From contig NC_092008.1 of assembly GCF_044704955.1 (NCBI RefSeq), positions 2,356,001-2,420,000 on the forward strand: DNA of 64,000 nucleotides. Reading direction: 5' to 3'. This document shows, piece after piece, positions 51,335 through 64,000 of this stretch; within the stretch, counting starts at the first letter, position 1, and every line of letters begins with the position of its first letter. Source of the stretch: Pristiophorus japonicus (taxonomy: Eukaryota). The position numbers were made by a program, and so were the translations under genes. The notes under the pieces were generated by a model. The model was not told the origin of the DNA. It did not search any database and worked only from the letters and a program-made list of their open reading frames with translations.

Positions 51335-54300
51335 CTGGAAGGGAATTAACGGAGGTATCAGTCGCTGCCCGTCGCCTTCGAAACGCCCGAACGTTGAGTC
51401 TCCCTACCCACACCTTCACTCATCATCATCGGCAGTCCCTCGGGATCGAGGAAGACTTGCTTCCACTCTTAACATGAGGCCTCACGTGGCTGAACAGTCC
51501 AATACGGGAGCCACAGTCCCTGTCACAGGTGGGACAGACAGTGGTTGAGGGAAGGGGAGGGTGGGACTGGTTTGCCGCACGCTCCTTCCGCTGCCTGCGC
51601 TTGGTTTCTGCACGCTCTCGGCGACGAGACTCGAGGTGCTCAGCGCCCTCCCGGATGCACTCCCTCCACTTAGGGCGGACTGGTCTTTGGGCCAGGGACT
51701 CCCAGGTGTCGGTGGGGATGTTGCACTTTATCAGGGAGGCTTTGAGGGTGGTCCCTGTAACGTTTCCTCTGCCCACCTTTGGCTCGTTTGCCCGTGAAGG
51801 AGTTCCGAGTAGAGCGCTTGCTTTGGGAGTCTCGTGTCGGGGGCATGTGGACAATGTGGCCCTGCCCAGCGGAGCTGGTCGAGTGTGGTCAGTGCTTCGA
51901 TGCTGGGGGATGTTGGGCCTGGTCGAGGACGCTAACGTTGGTGCATCTGTCCTCCCGGGGGATTTGCAGGATCTTGCGGAGACAGCGTTGGTGATATTTC
52001 TCCATCGACTTGAGGTGTCTACTGTACATGATCCATGTCTCTGAGCCATACAGGAGGGCGGGCATCACTACAGCCCTGTAGACCATGAGCTGGGTGGCAG
52101 ATTCCTCGAACCACTATCAGTCCCACCTGTGACAGGGTCTGTAATTCCTGTATTGGACTGTTCAGCCACCGAAGAACCCACTTTCAGAATGGAAGCAAGT
52201 CTCCCTCGATTCCGAGGGACTGCCGATGATGATACCACTCTAGACCACTGGGTGGAGCAGTGGTCAACGAGGGGGTAGCTCAATATTACACGGTGCAGAA
52301 ACAGAAAAGGATAAGGCTGCGTGGATCTCACCGTTTGCATATTTTAGCGATCAGGAACAGGGTAATCGCCAAGCCCAGAGCTCCCAGGATAACTCCCACA
52401 GTGCAAACAATGGTCCCAGAGTCCGGCATCCTGCTCCGATTTCTTGCCGACTGACCTGTGTAAAAATCGACAAATTCTTATGAGGAAAGGTTGAGCAGGT
52501 TGGGCCTGTACTCATTGGAGTTTAGGAGAATGAGAGGTGATCTTATCGAAACGTATCAGATTCTGAGGGGGGCTGGACAGGGTAGATGCAGAGAGGATGT
52601 TTCCCCCTCGTGGGGGAATCTAGAACTAGGGGGCACAGTCTCAGACTAAGGGGTGGCCCATTTGACTAGTGGGGTACCACAAGGTTCAGTGCTGGGACCC
52701 CAGCTATTTACAATATACATTAATGATTTAGACGAAGGAATTGAATGTAATATCTCCAAGTTTGCAGATGACACTAAGCTGGGTGGCGGTGTGAGCTGTG
52801 AGGAGGATGCTAAGAGGCTGCAGGGTGACTTGGACAGGTTAGGTGAGTGGGCAAATGCATGGCAGATGCAGTATAATGTGGATAAATGTGAGGTAATCCA
52901 CTTTGGGGGCAAAAGCACGAAGGCAGAATATTATCTGAATGGCGGCAGATTAGGAAAAGGGGAGGTGCAACGAGACCTGGGTGTCATGGTACATCAGTCA
53001 TTGAAAGTTGGCATGCAGGTACAGCAGGCAGTGAAGAAGGCAAATGATATGTTGGCCTTCATAGCGAGAGGATTTGAGTATAGGAGCAGGGAGGTCTTAC
53101 TGCAGTTGTACAGGGCCTTGGTGAGGCCCCACCTGGAATATTGTGTTCAGTTTTGATCTCCTAACTTGAGGAAGGACATTCTTGCTATTGAGGGAGTGCA
53201 GCGAAGATTCCCGGGATGGCAGGACTGACATATGAAGAAAGACTGGATCGACTGGGCTTATATTCACTGGAGTTTAGAAGGATGAGAGGGGATCTCATAG
53301 AAACATATAAAATTCTGACGGGACTGGACAGGTTAGATGCAGGAAGAATGTTCCCGATGTTGGGGAAGTCCAGAACCAGGGGTCACAGTCTAAGGATAAG
53401 GGGTAAGCCATTTAGGACCGAGATGAGGAGAAACTTCTTCACTCAGAGAATTGTGAACCTGTGGAATTCTCTACCACAGAGAGTTGTTGAGGCCAGTTTG
53501 TTAGATATATTCAAAAGGGAGTTAGATGTGGCCCTTACGGCTAAAGGGATTAAAGGGTATGGAGAGAAAGCAGGAATGGGGTACTGAGGGAATGATCAGC
53601 CAGGATCTTATTGAATGGTGGTGCAGGCTCGAGGGGCCGAATGGCCGACTCCTGCCCCTGTTTCTCGATCAGGTACTCAGTGACCCATTAGCTCACCACC
53701 AATGGCTGTTCTTCATGTTTGTGTCTCTAAGGGCAGTGACTGCACTGCGAAAGGGTTTCAGCGCACCTGGAGCACACAACGATCGCCGGAAAGCTCCAAC
53801 GAGCTGGCGTATGGAGGAAAGCTGGAAGGATATTCAACCGTGGAGATACCTCAGGCTGCCCCTCTCCTTGCCCAGCGTTTGTGTCCGTCGTGGCTCAGTG
53901 GGCAGCACCCTCGCCTCAGAGCCAGAAGGTTGTGGGTTCGAGTCCCACTCCAGAGACTCGAGCACATAAATCCAGGCTGACACTCCCAGTGCAGTACTGA
54001 GGGAGCACCGCACTGAGCTGTCGGAGGGGCAGTACTGAGGGAGTGCCGCACTGTCGGAGGGGCAGTACTGAGGGAGCGCCGCACTGTCGGAGGGGCAGTA
54101 CTGAGGGAGCGCCGCACTGTCGGAGGGGCGGTACTGAGGGAGCACCGCACTGAGCTGTCGGAGGGGCAGTACTGAGGGAACGCCGCACTGTCGGAGGGGC
54201 GGTACTGAGGGAGCACCGCACTGAGCTGTCGGAGGGGCAGTACTGAGGGAACGCCGCACTGTCGGAGGGGCGATACTGAGGGAGCGCCGCACTGTCGGAG

Positions 54301-57300
54301 GGGCAGTACTGAGGGAGCGCCGCACTGTCGGAGGGGCGATACTGAGGGAGCGCTGCACTGTCGGAGGGGCAGTACTGAGGGAACGCCGCACTGTCGGAGG
54401 GGCAGTACTGAGTGATACACAATTGTGTGGGACATCCTGGATGGACCAGCTGACCTTTACCCATCCACCATTGCCCGTGTGTCCCTACTTGACCTACCCA
54501 GCACAACTGTCAGCGGTTTGTCGAGGCTGGGGTGATCAATCTGGCAACTGTAAGTGTCCCCGTCCTGTGGCTCAATCCGGATGTAGGCAAAGACATTGAA
54601 GGTCCAATCGTCCTCCACCAGGACCGGGAGTGAATGGACCTGCCCGGCAAATCCCCTCCCATTGACCAGGAACTTCATTTCAATCTCGTACGGGTAGAAT
54701 TTCTCGGCGTAACAATACAGAATGTTTGGCCGGCCCGGTGCGTAGTCTTTCTCCGTGTAGATTTCGGCTTCTGGCTTCTCTGCAACGGAAATGATAGCGT
54801 TACCGGTCTCCAAAGGTTCCCTTGTTGTCGGAGGGGGGGCCCCAGGAACCAGAACAGGAACTGGGGGAGCGCGGGGAGAGAAGTGCATTTGCACTGCGCT
54901 GTCGGAGGGGCGGTACTGAGGGAGTGCCACAGTGTCGGAGGGGCGGCACTGAGGGAGTGCCACAGTGTCGGAGGGGCGGTACTGAGGGAGTGCCACAGTG
55001 TCGGAGGGGCGGCACTGAGGGAGTGCCACAGTGTCGGAGGGGCAGTACTGAGGGAGTGCCACAGTGTCGGAGGGGCAGTACTGAGGGAGTGCCACAGTGT
55101 CGGAGGAGCGGTACTGAGGGAGTGCCACAGTGTCGGAGGGGTGGCACTGAGGGAGTGCCACAGTGTCGGAGGGGCGGTACTGAGGGAGTGCCAGAGTGTC
55201 GGAGGGGCGGTACTGAGGGAGCGCCGCACTGTCGGAGGGGCGGTACTGAGGGAGCGCCGCACTGTCAGAGGGGTGGTACTGAGGGAGCGTCGCACTGTCG
55301 GAGGGGCGGTACTGAGGGAGTGCCGTACTGCGCTGTCGGAGGGGCGGTACTGAGGGAGCGCCGCACTGTCGGAGGGGCGGTACTGAGGGAGCGCCGCACT
55401 GTCGGAGGGGCAGTACTGAGGGAGTGCCGTACTGCGCTGTCGGAGGGGAGGTACTGAGGGAGCGCCGCACTGTGGGAGGGGCAGTACTGAGGGAGTGCCG
55501 CACTGTCGGAGAGGCAGTACTGAGGGAGTGCCGCACTGCGCTGTCGGAGGGGAGGTACTGAGGGAGCACCGCACTGTCGGAGGGGAGGTACTGAGGGAGC
55601 CCCGCACTGTCGGAGAGGCAGTACTGAGGGAGCCCCGCACTGTCGGAGAGGCAGTACTGAGGGAGCCCCGCACTGTTGGAGAGGCAGTACTGAGGGAGCC
55701 CCGCACTGTCGGAGGGGAGGTACTGAGGGAGCGCCGCACTGTCGGAGGGGAGGTACTGAGGGAGCGCCGTACTGTCGGAGAGGCGGGACTGAGGGAATAC
55801 CTTATGGCCAGCTGCATTGAACGGCACCAGTCTGCAACTTACTGCTGGGGACTTTAGCAGCGTGTGTCAGGGTTATCATTTCCTTGGTGATGCTCTGCAG
55901 CCGTGATTGGAATCCTCGAGCCCTCTCTTGGTAATAAGTCACTTCCTCCGGACCCAGCTCCTCACTCCCGTCCGTCTCTTTCCCGTTGATGACGAAGGTT
56001 CGCGCTCCGAAATCGTAGATCATGAAGGGGGTGGAATTGACGTTGAAAATGTCTACACTGGTTTCTGAGTCAGGAGAGTAGCTGTAGTACAACCTTGCTG
56101 CAATTTTTTCAAAATCTAGACATGGGCAAAACGGCAGACAAGTCACAAAGAGTATAAGCATTAGGAACAGGAGTCGGCCATTCGGCCCCTCGAGCCTGCT
56201 CCGCCATTTAATACGATCGTGGCTGATCCGATCATGGACTCAGCTCCACTTCCCCGCCCCCTCCCCATAACTTTGGGGGCAAAAACACGAAGGCAGAATA
56301 TTATCTGAATGGGTGACAGATTAGGAAAAGGGGAGGTGCAACGAGACCTGGGTGTCATGGTACATCAGTCATTGAAGGTTGGCGGTGAAGGCGGCAAATG
56401 GCATGTGGGCCTTCATAGCGAGAGGATTTGAGTACAGGAGCAGGGAGGTCTTACTGCAGTTGTACAGGGCCTTGGTGAGGCCACACCTGGAATATTGTGT
56501 TCAGTTTTGGTCTCCTAATCTGAGGAAGGACGTTCTTGCTATTGAGGAAGTGCAGCGAAGGTTCACCAGACTGATTCCCGGGATGGCAGGACTGACATAT
56601 GAAGAAAGACTGGATCGACTGGGCTTATATTCACTGGAATTTAGAAGAATGAGAGGGGATCTCATAGAAACATATAAAATTCTGACGGGATTGGACAGGT
56701 TAGATGCAGGAAGAATGTTCCCGATGTTGGGGAAGTCCAGAACCAGGGGTCACAGTCTAAGGATAAGGGGTAAGTCATTTAGGACCGAGATGAGGAGAAA
56801 CTTCTTCACCCAGAGAGTTGTGAACCTGTGGAATTCTCTACCACAGAGAGTTGTTGAGGCCAGTTCGTTAGATATATTCAAAAGGGAGTTAGATGTGGCC
56901 CTTACGGCTAAAGGGATGAAGGGGTATGGAGAGAAAGCAGGAATGGGGTACTGAAGTTGCATGATCAGCCATGATCATATTGAATGGTGGTGCAGGCTCG
57001 AAGGGCCGAATGGCCTACTCCTGCACCTATTTTCTATGTTTCTATGTAACCCTCCACTCCCTTATTGCTCAAAAATCTTCGACCTCAACTCCACTTTCCC
57101 GCCCGATCCCTCGATTCCCCTCGAGTCCAAAAAACTACCGATCCCAGCCTTGAATATACTCAACGACTGAGCCTCCACTGCCCTCTGGTGCAGAGAATTC
57201 CAAAGATTCACCACCCTCCGAGTGAAGAAATTCCTCTTCATCTCAGTCCTAAATGGCCGACCCCTTATCCTGAGACTGTGTGACCCCTGGTTCTAGACTC

Positions 57301-60300
57301 TCCAGCCGGGGGTAACATCCTCCCTGCATCTACCCTGTCGATCCCCCTCAGAATCGGAGATGTTTAAATGCAATCGCCTCTCCTTCTTCTAAACGCCAGA
57401 ACTTGATTTGCAACTTGTCACTGTTATGTTTAAGCGTCAGATTCTCTGTGTGCAAATGATCAGGACCAGAAACCCGCACTCAAATTCCCGGCGGGCAACT
57501 CTGCCGCGCATATCACTGGGACACGGTCAGATACAGCTATTTTTCTTGGAACAAGGCACAGGCGGAGGCCACATGCCAACTGTTTTAAAGTTAAGAAAAA
57601 CTGTGGGGCTACCTGGGAGGTGAACAGGCACCAGCCATTGAAAGCGATCTCTGTGTTCAAGAACGTCACTTGGTTAGGCATACAGACAAAGACAGTGATA
57701 CCCCAGAGACTACAAGTCTGCAAGAACACCAGGAGTACAAAGAACTCTACGGAATGCACATTTTTGGAAAACAAGACATTCAGGATAAGGAGTTAACTTT
57801 TGCACGGTCGACTCCGTGTGCAAATTAGTAGCCATGCAACCTCATCACCACAGCCAGTTAAACATAGAAACGTTGAAAATAGGATCAGGAGTAGGCCATT
57901 CGGCCCCTCGAGCCTGCACCATTCAATACGATCATGGCTGATCCTCTATCTCAACACCATATTCCCGCTTTCTCCCCATACCCCTTGATGCCTTTTGTGT
58001 CTAGAAATCTATCTATCTCCCTCTTAAATATATTCAGTGACTTGGCCTCCACAGCCTTCTGTGGGAGAGAATTCCACAGGTTCACCACCTCGGAGTGAAA
58101 ACATTTCTCCTCATCTCGCTCCTAAATTTCCTACCCCGTATCCTGAGACTGTGACCCCTTGTTCTAGACTTCCCAGCCCCGGGGAAAACATCCTCCCCGC
58201 ATCCAGTCTGTCCAACCCCATCAGAATTTTATACCTTTCAATGAGATCCCCTCTCATTCTTCTAAACTCCGGTGAATACAGGCCCAGTCGACCCAATCTC
58301 TCCTCATACGACAGTCCTGCCCATCCCAGGAATCAGTCTGGTGAACCTTCGCTGCACTCCCTCAATAGCAAGAACGTCCTTCAAGAATCTCCAGGTGCGG
58401 TCTCACCAAGGCCCTGTATAACTGGAGTAAGACGTTCTTGCTCCTGTACTCAAATGATAGGAAGGACGTGACTGCACTAGAGAGGGTGCAGAGGAGATTT
58501 ACTAGGATGCTGCCTGGAATGGAGAATCTTAGTTATGAGGACAGATTGGATAGGCTGGGTTTGTTCTCATTGGAACAGAGGAGGTTGAGAGGAGACCTCA
58601 TTGAGGTGTGCAAAATATTGAGGGGCCTGGACATAGTGGATAGTAAGGACCTATTTCCATTGATGGAGGGGGCTATTACGAGGCGGCATAGTTTTAAGGT
58701 GGTTGGTGGAAGGTTTAGAGGGGATTTGAGGGAGGGGGCTTCTTTACGCAGAAGGTTGTGGGGATCTGGAACTCGCTGCCTGGAAGAGTGGTGGATGCAG
58801 AAACCCTCACCACTTTTAAGAGATGGTTGGATGGGCACTTAAAGTGCCGTAACCTGCAGGGTTACGGACCTAGAGCTGGTCATTGGGATTAGACTGGGTG
58901 ACCTTTTGTTGGCCGACGCAGATATAATGGTCAGTACTGCAGGGAATAGAATACGGCCAGGGTGATCTGCTGGTCTAGTGTCGATCGCCTGGATGGGTCG
59001 GAGAGGAATTTTCCCAGATTTTTCTCTCCCTGAAATTGGCCTGGGTTTTTATCTGGTTTTTGCCTCTCCCAGGAGATCACGTGGCTCCGGTTGGGATGGA
59101 GCGTTAGAATGTTTCAGTGTAAGGGGGTGTCGCAGTTGTGTGAGGCGGACTGGTTGGGCCGGGTGCGCTCACGGGGGGGGGGGGGGGGGGGGGGGGGCGT
59201 GACTACTCTCGGGCGGTGGGCAATTTGGTGCCCTGTCCGGTCACAGTCACGGGGGTCCCAGGCCACGGAGGGTGAGTCCCTCCGGTCCACGCGCAGTGCC
59301 GCACGAAACAGACACAGCGATAAGGTGACAAAACTCAGTAGGGCGCAGGAGCACGCGAACTTCGTCGCGCGGGAATCGGGCGATAACTTTCAAAGTCGCC
59401 GACAAGTATCGTTGGCTGATAACGACTTCCTGCCCCCACCGCCTCGGGAACGCCCCGCGACGGAAGTGGGCGCTAAATCAGGCGCCGACCACTCTACTCT
59501 TCGGGCGCGAGAGTGGGGTACAGAAGAACATGGCGCACATTGCTGACGGTATCTCAGGCTACTTCCCTCGGTTAAAGGACAAGGCCCAAGGCGGTGCAAA
59601 CCTACTGGTGGGCAGTTCTGCGTTGCCAGGTGACCTGAAATTCAAGCCCCAAACGAGCAACAATGTGCATTGATATAGCGCCGTCAACGTTCGCCGTGCG
59701 CGTCACAGGAGCGTTTTGCGACAAACGCTGTCTGCGCAAGATCCTGCAAATCCCCCGGGAGGACAGACGCACCAACGTTAGCGTCCTCGACCAGGCCCAA
59801 CATCCCCAGCATCGAAGCACTGACCACACTCGACCAGCTCCGCTGGGCAGGGCCCACATTGTCCGCATGTCCCCCCGACACGAGACTCCCAAAGCAAACG
59901 CTCTACTCGGAACTCCTTCACGGGCAAACGAGCCAAAGGTGGGCAGAGGAAACGTTACAAGGGACCACCCTCAAAGCCTCCCTAATAAAGTGCAACATCC
60001 CCCACCGACACCTGGGAGTCCCTGGGCCCAAAGACCAGTCCGCCCTAAGTGGGGGAAGTGCATCCGGGAGGGGCGCTGAGCACCTCGAGTCTCGTCGCCG
60101 AGAGCGTGCAGAAACCAAGCGCAGGCAGCGGAAGGAGCATGCGGCAAACCAGTCCCACCCTCCCCTTCCCTCAACCACTGTCTGTCCCACCTGTGACAGG
60201 GACTGTGGCTCGCGTATTGGGCTGTTCAGTCACCCAAGGACTCATGCTAAGAGTGGAAGCAAGTCGTCCTCGATCCCGAGGGACTGCCCATGATGGTGAT

Positions 60301-61964
60301 GATGCGATAAAGGTTAGACACCGAGCCACACAAGTAGAAATTAGGGACAGGTGACCAAAAGCTGGGTCACAGAGGTGGGTTTTAAGGAGCGTCTTAAAGG
60401 AGGAGAGAGAGGCGGAGAGGTTTAGGGAGGGAGTTCCAGAGCTCGGGGCCCAGGCAACAGAAGGCACGGCCACCGATGGTGGAGCGATTATAATCAGGGA
60501 TGGTCAGGAGGTCAGAATTAGAGGAGTGCAGAGATCTCGGGGGGATGTGGGGCTGGAGGGGGTTACAGAGATAGGGAGGGGTGTAGGGGCTGGAGGGGGT
60601 TACAGAGATAGGGAGGGATGTAGGGGCTGGAGGAGGTTACAGAGATCGGGAGGGGTGTAGGGGCTGGAGGGGGTTACAGAGATAGGGAGGGGTGTAGGGG
60701 CTGGAGGAGGTTACAGAGATAGGGAGGGGGTAGGGGCTGGAGGGGGTTACAGAGATAGGGAGGGGTGTAGGGGCTGGAGGGGGTTACAGAGATAGGGAGG
60801 GGTGTAGGGGCTGGAGGGGGTTACAGAGATAGTTCGCCCTCAGCGCCCAGCGATGGCTTAGAGCCGCACGGCGCCCCCCCAAACCCACGGCCAGGGGGCA
60901 GGGTCGGCTCAGAGATAGGAGACGGCTACAAGACCAATCCTGTGACCCACGATGCACAGCGAGAACATAGGAACAGGAGGAGGCCGTTCAGCCCCTCGAG
61001 CCTGTTACATTAGGGACAGGAGGAGGCCATTCAGCCCCTCGAGCCTGTTACATTAGGAACAGGAGGAGGCCGTTCAGCCCCTCGAGCCTGTTACATTAGG
61101 GACAGGAGGAGGCCGTTCAGCCCCTCGAGCCTGTTACATTAGGGACAGGAGGAGGCCGTTCAGCCCCTCGAGCCTGTTACATTAGGGACAGGAGGAGGCC
61201 GTTCAGCCCCTCGAGTCTGTTACATTAGGAACAGGAGGAGGCCGTTCAGCCCCTCGAGCCTGTTACATTAGGGACAGGAGGAGGCCGTTCAGCCCCTCGA
61301 GTCTGTTACATTAGGAACAGGAGGAGGCCGTTCAGCCCCTCGAGCCTGTTACATTAGGAACAGGAGGAGGCCATTCAGCCCCTCGAGCCTGTTACATTAG
61401 GGACAGGAGGAGGCCATTCAGCCCCTCGAGCCTGTTGCACCATTCGATGAGCTCAGGGCTGATCTGCGACCTCACTCCATCTACCCGCCTTTGGCCCATA
61501 ACCCTTTAATCGCAGGGTTAAAATTAACAATTGACCCCCAGCATCGACTGCTGATTGTGAAAGCGAGTTCCAAACGCCTACCACCCTCTGTGTGTGGAGA
61601 CGTGTTTCCTAATTACACTCCTGAAAGGTCTGGCTCTAATATTTAGAAGCTGCCCCCTAGTCCGAGGCCCCCCAACCTGCGGAGATTGTCTCTCTCTACC
61701 CATCCTCTGTTCCCCCTGATATCCTGAAAACGTCGAACAGTTCGCCCGTTAAACTTCTAAATTCCCGGGGGGGGCACGTCCCTGTTTTTTTGCAATCTCC
61801 CCACGTGACTTAACCCTTGGAGAGAGGAGCAGACAAACGTCGGCATTCATTCACACACACACACACACAGCGCACTCACCGAGATCTGTTGCCCGTGTTG
61901 CCGTGGCCAGAGACAGCGCGATGAGTAGGAAGACACGCGCTCCCACGTTGGCCAACGAGGTCAT
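51295..61964 (-). CDS. WA: MHC W-category alpha chain WA-2 (whole gene; exons 61880-61964, 55843-56115, 54498-54779, 52332-52455, 51295-51334; 804 nt, 267 aa)
   Basis: Same exon/phase structure as WA-1, open frame throughout, DDWTF in alpha2, [13 protein letters not shown]. Confidence 0.88.
51421..52232 (-). mobile_element. RTE LINE fragments in WA-2 intron 4
   Basis: RTE motifs; short plus-strand 3' piece at about 52105-52232. Confidence 0.85.
52332..52455 (-). CDS. WA: WA-2 exon 4, connecting peptide/TM
   Basis: [41 protein letters not shown]; gtgaga donor, phase 2. Confidence 0.9.
52475..53662 (+). mobile_element. CR1 LINE RT/3' fragment
   Basis: [31 protein letters not shown] with premature stop. 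Confidence 0.95.
53888..54410 (+). mobile_element. tRNA-headed SINE 5' part with 33-bp array
   Basis: A box tggctcagtgg, B box ggttcgagtcc. Confidence 0.8.
54498..54779 (-). CDS. WA: WA-2 exon 3, alpha2 C1-set Ig domain (beta2m-like)
   Basis: 282 nt; 6 aa differences from WA-1 exon 3. Confidence 0.95.
54890..55797 (+). repeat. 33-bp minisatellite in WA-2 intron 2
   Basis: Direct reading. Confidence 0.95.
55843..56115 (-). CDS. WA: WA-2 exon 2, alpha1 groove domain
   Basis: tag acceptor, 273 nt: [91 protein letters not shown]; gtaagt donor. Confidence 0.88.
56160..59165. mobile_element. Cluster of CR1 fragments in WA-2 intron 1 (unassigned stretch 57400-57860)
   Basis: Multiple CR1 ORF2 C-termini on both strands. 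Confidence 0.85.
59722..61440. mobile_element. RTE 3' fragment, L2-like end with 37-bp array, 43-bp array
   Basis: Same families as above. Confidence 0.85.
61880..61964 (-). CDS. WA: WA-2 exon 1, signal peptide
   Basis: [28 protein letters not shown]+G, gtgagt donor. Confidence 0.85.
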
Positions 61965-62335
61965 GCTGCTGCAGGAAGGTTCAGAGAGTGCACGCAGAGC
62001 CCGTCCCAATCACCGCTCTGCCCCAGCACCTCGGCCGATGAGTTTTCAAGCCTCCCTTCCCAGTGAAGGAATTCAGTCTCGCCCTCCGCGCGTCTCATTG
62101 GCTGCAGGTTTTTTTGGCACAGAGATCCTAACTCATCCGACACTTGGCACCGGATCAAGATGCCGAAACCGGTCATGCAGGAAACAAGTCCCGGGGAATT
62201 TCCCGGGGAGGTGGGTTGAAGGTGATTTTCCCCTGGCCTGTCGGCTGTCAAATGCAACATTTAACTCTTTAGTACAAGAGGGTTTAAGTATAACAGTAAA
62301 CAAGTCTTGCTACAATTGTACCACTGTCCATCTGT
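61965..62335 (-). promoter_or_regulatory. WA-2 5' UTR/promoter: CCAAT box (~62097-62101) and kB site GGGGAATTTCCC (62193-62204)
   Basis: Paralog of the WA-1 promoter with both motifs retained. Confidence 0.6.
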
Positions 62336-63210
62336 GTGGTCAGACCACACTTGGAGCACTGTGCACAGTTCTGGTCTCCATATACCTGGGTTAGACCACA
62401 CTTGGAGCACCGTGCACAGGTCTGGTCTCCATATACCTGGGTTAGACCACACTTGGAGCACCATGCACAGTTCTTGTCTCCATATACCTGGGTTAGACCA
62501 CACTTGGAGCACCGTGCACAGGTCTGGTCTCCATATACCTGGGTTAGACCACACTTGGAGCACTGTGCACAGTTCTTGTCTCCATATACCTGGGTTAGAC
62601 CACACTTGGAGCACCGTGCACAGTTCTTGTCTCCATATACCTGGGTTAGACCACACTTGGAGCACCGTGCACAGGTCTGGTCTCCATATACCTGGGTTAG
62701 ACCACACTTGGAGCACCGTGCACAGGTCTGGTCTCCATATACCTGGGTTAGACCACACTTGGAGCACCGTGCACAGTTCTTGTCTCCATATACCTGGGTT
62801 AGACCACACTTGGAGCACTGTGCACAGTTCTTGTCTCCATATACCTGGGTTAGACCACACTTGGAGCACTGTGCACAGTTCTTGTCTCCATATACCTTGG
62901 GTTAGACCACATTTGGAAGTAATTAACTGTCAGCATCATCATAGCTTCACTCACTCAGAGAGTGGTGAACCTGTGGAATTCTCTACCAGAACAAATTCCT
63001 ACAGAAAGTTGTTGAGGCCAGTTCGTTGGATATACTCAAAAGGGAGTTAGATGTGGCCCTTACAGCTAAAGGGATCAAGGGGTATGGAGAGAAAGCAGGA
63101 GTAGGGTACTGAAGTTGCATGATCAGCCATGATCATATTGAATGGCGGTGAAGGCTCAAAGGGCCGAATAGCCTGCCCTGCACCTAATTTCCATGTTTCT
63201 ATGATTCTAT
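62336..63210 (+). repeat. 51-bp CR1-derived VNTR (about 11 units) plus CR1 3' end
   Basis: Paralog of 23541-23834. Confidence 0.9.
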
Positions 63211-63898
63211 AGGCAGTCCCTCGGAATCGAGGAAGACTTGCTTCCGCTCTAACAATGAGTCCTTAGGTGGCTGAATAGTCCAATACGGGAACCACAGTCC
63301 CTGTCACAGGTGGGACAGACGGTGGTTGAGGGAAGGGGAGGGTGGGACTGGTTTGCCGCACGCTCCTTCCGCTGCCTGCGCTTGGTTTCTGCACGCTCTC
63401 GGCGACGAGACTCGAGGTGCTCAGCGCCCCTCCCGGATGCACTCCCTCCACTTAGGGCGGACTGGTCTTTGGGCCCAGGGACCCCCAGGTGTCGGTGGGG
63501 ATGTTGCACTTTATCAGGGAGGCTTTGAGGGTGGTCCCCTGTAACGTTTCCTCTGCCCACCTTTGGCTCGTTTGCCCGTGAAGGAGTTCCGAGTAGAGCG
63601 CTTGCTTTGGGGAGTCTCGTGTCGGGGGGGACATGCGGACAATGTGGCCCTGCCCAGCGGAGCTGGTCGCGTGTGGTCAGTGCTTCGATGCCGGGGATGT
63701 TGGCCTGGTCGAGGACACTAACGTTGGTGCGTCTGTCCTCCCGGGGGATTTGCAGGATCTTGCGGAGACAGCGTTGGTGGTATTTCTCCAGCGACTTGAG
63801 GTGTCTACTGTACATGGTCCGTGTCTCTGAGCCACACAGGAGGGCGGGTATCACTACAGCCCTGTAGACCATGAGCTTGGTGGCCAGTTTGAGGGCCT
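63209..63898 (-). mobile_element. RTE LINE fragment
   Basis: [20 protein letters not shown]...[21 protein letters not shown]. Confidence 0.9.
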
Positions 63899-64000
63899 GC
63901 CTATGATGATGAGTAGCCCATGTCCCCCTAACAAGCGGGCCCCAGAACGACACCTGATCACTGCGTGTCCCACCAGTCACATCGTTTGATGCCGATACTC

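Noticed and set aside
53888-53952. tRNA-like sequence with A and B boxes
   Set aside because: It is the head of a SINE and continues into the SINE body.
54457-55827. 456-aa ORF fusing a repeat region to an Ig domain
   Set aside because: Read-through of intronic satellite into WA-2 exon 3; the real acceptor is at 54780-54781.
57400-57860. Unassigned stretch starting TGTTATG in WA-2 intron 1, possibly an LTR piece or an exon
   Set aside because: No matching terminus, TSD or MHC-like translation found.

Overview
Eukaryotic, repeat-dense DNA whose LINE/SINE/minisatellite content looks like a shark (inference). The ORF track is mostly repeat noise. Hidden in it are three intact spliced MHC genes that I rebuilt exon by exon with GT-AG junctions and matching phases. 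They are an alpha-chain gene on the minus strand (WA-1, 23163-9845, 5 exons, 262 aa), a head-to-head beta-chain gene on the plus strand (WB, 26184-38232, 7 coding exons, 296 aa) and a second alpha gene (WA-2, 61964-51295, 267 aa). All three have class II architecture (leader, one groove domain, one C1-Ig domain, Gly-patterned TM) but class I sequence signatures: alpha2 is beta2-microglobulin-like (GRPNILYC...DDWTF), beta1 is class I alpha2-like (HLYQTHCGC...QDAFDGRE) and beta2 is class I alpha3-like (VVPQRDGTFQ). This matches the ancient 'W-category' MHC (WA/WB; Okamura et al. 2021 PNAS), so the category itself is known. What looks new here: two WA paralogs with about 50% identical groove domains on about 94% identical Ig domains, a groove lacking the usual peptide anchors and carrying an extra Cys, a long multi-exon WB tail, a consensus cryptic donor inside WB exon 2, and kB sites in all three promoters. 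The rest is RTE, CR1 and L2-like LINE fragments, Deu-type SINEs, TE-derived minisatellites, a solo LTR and one 155-N gap.
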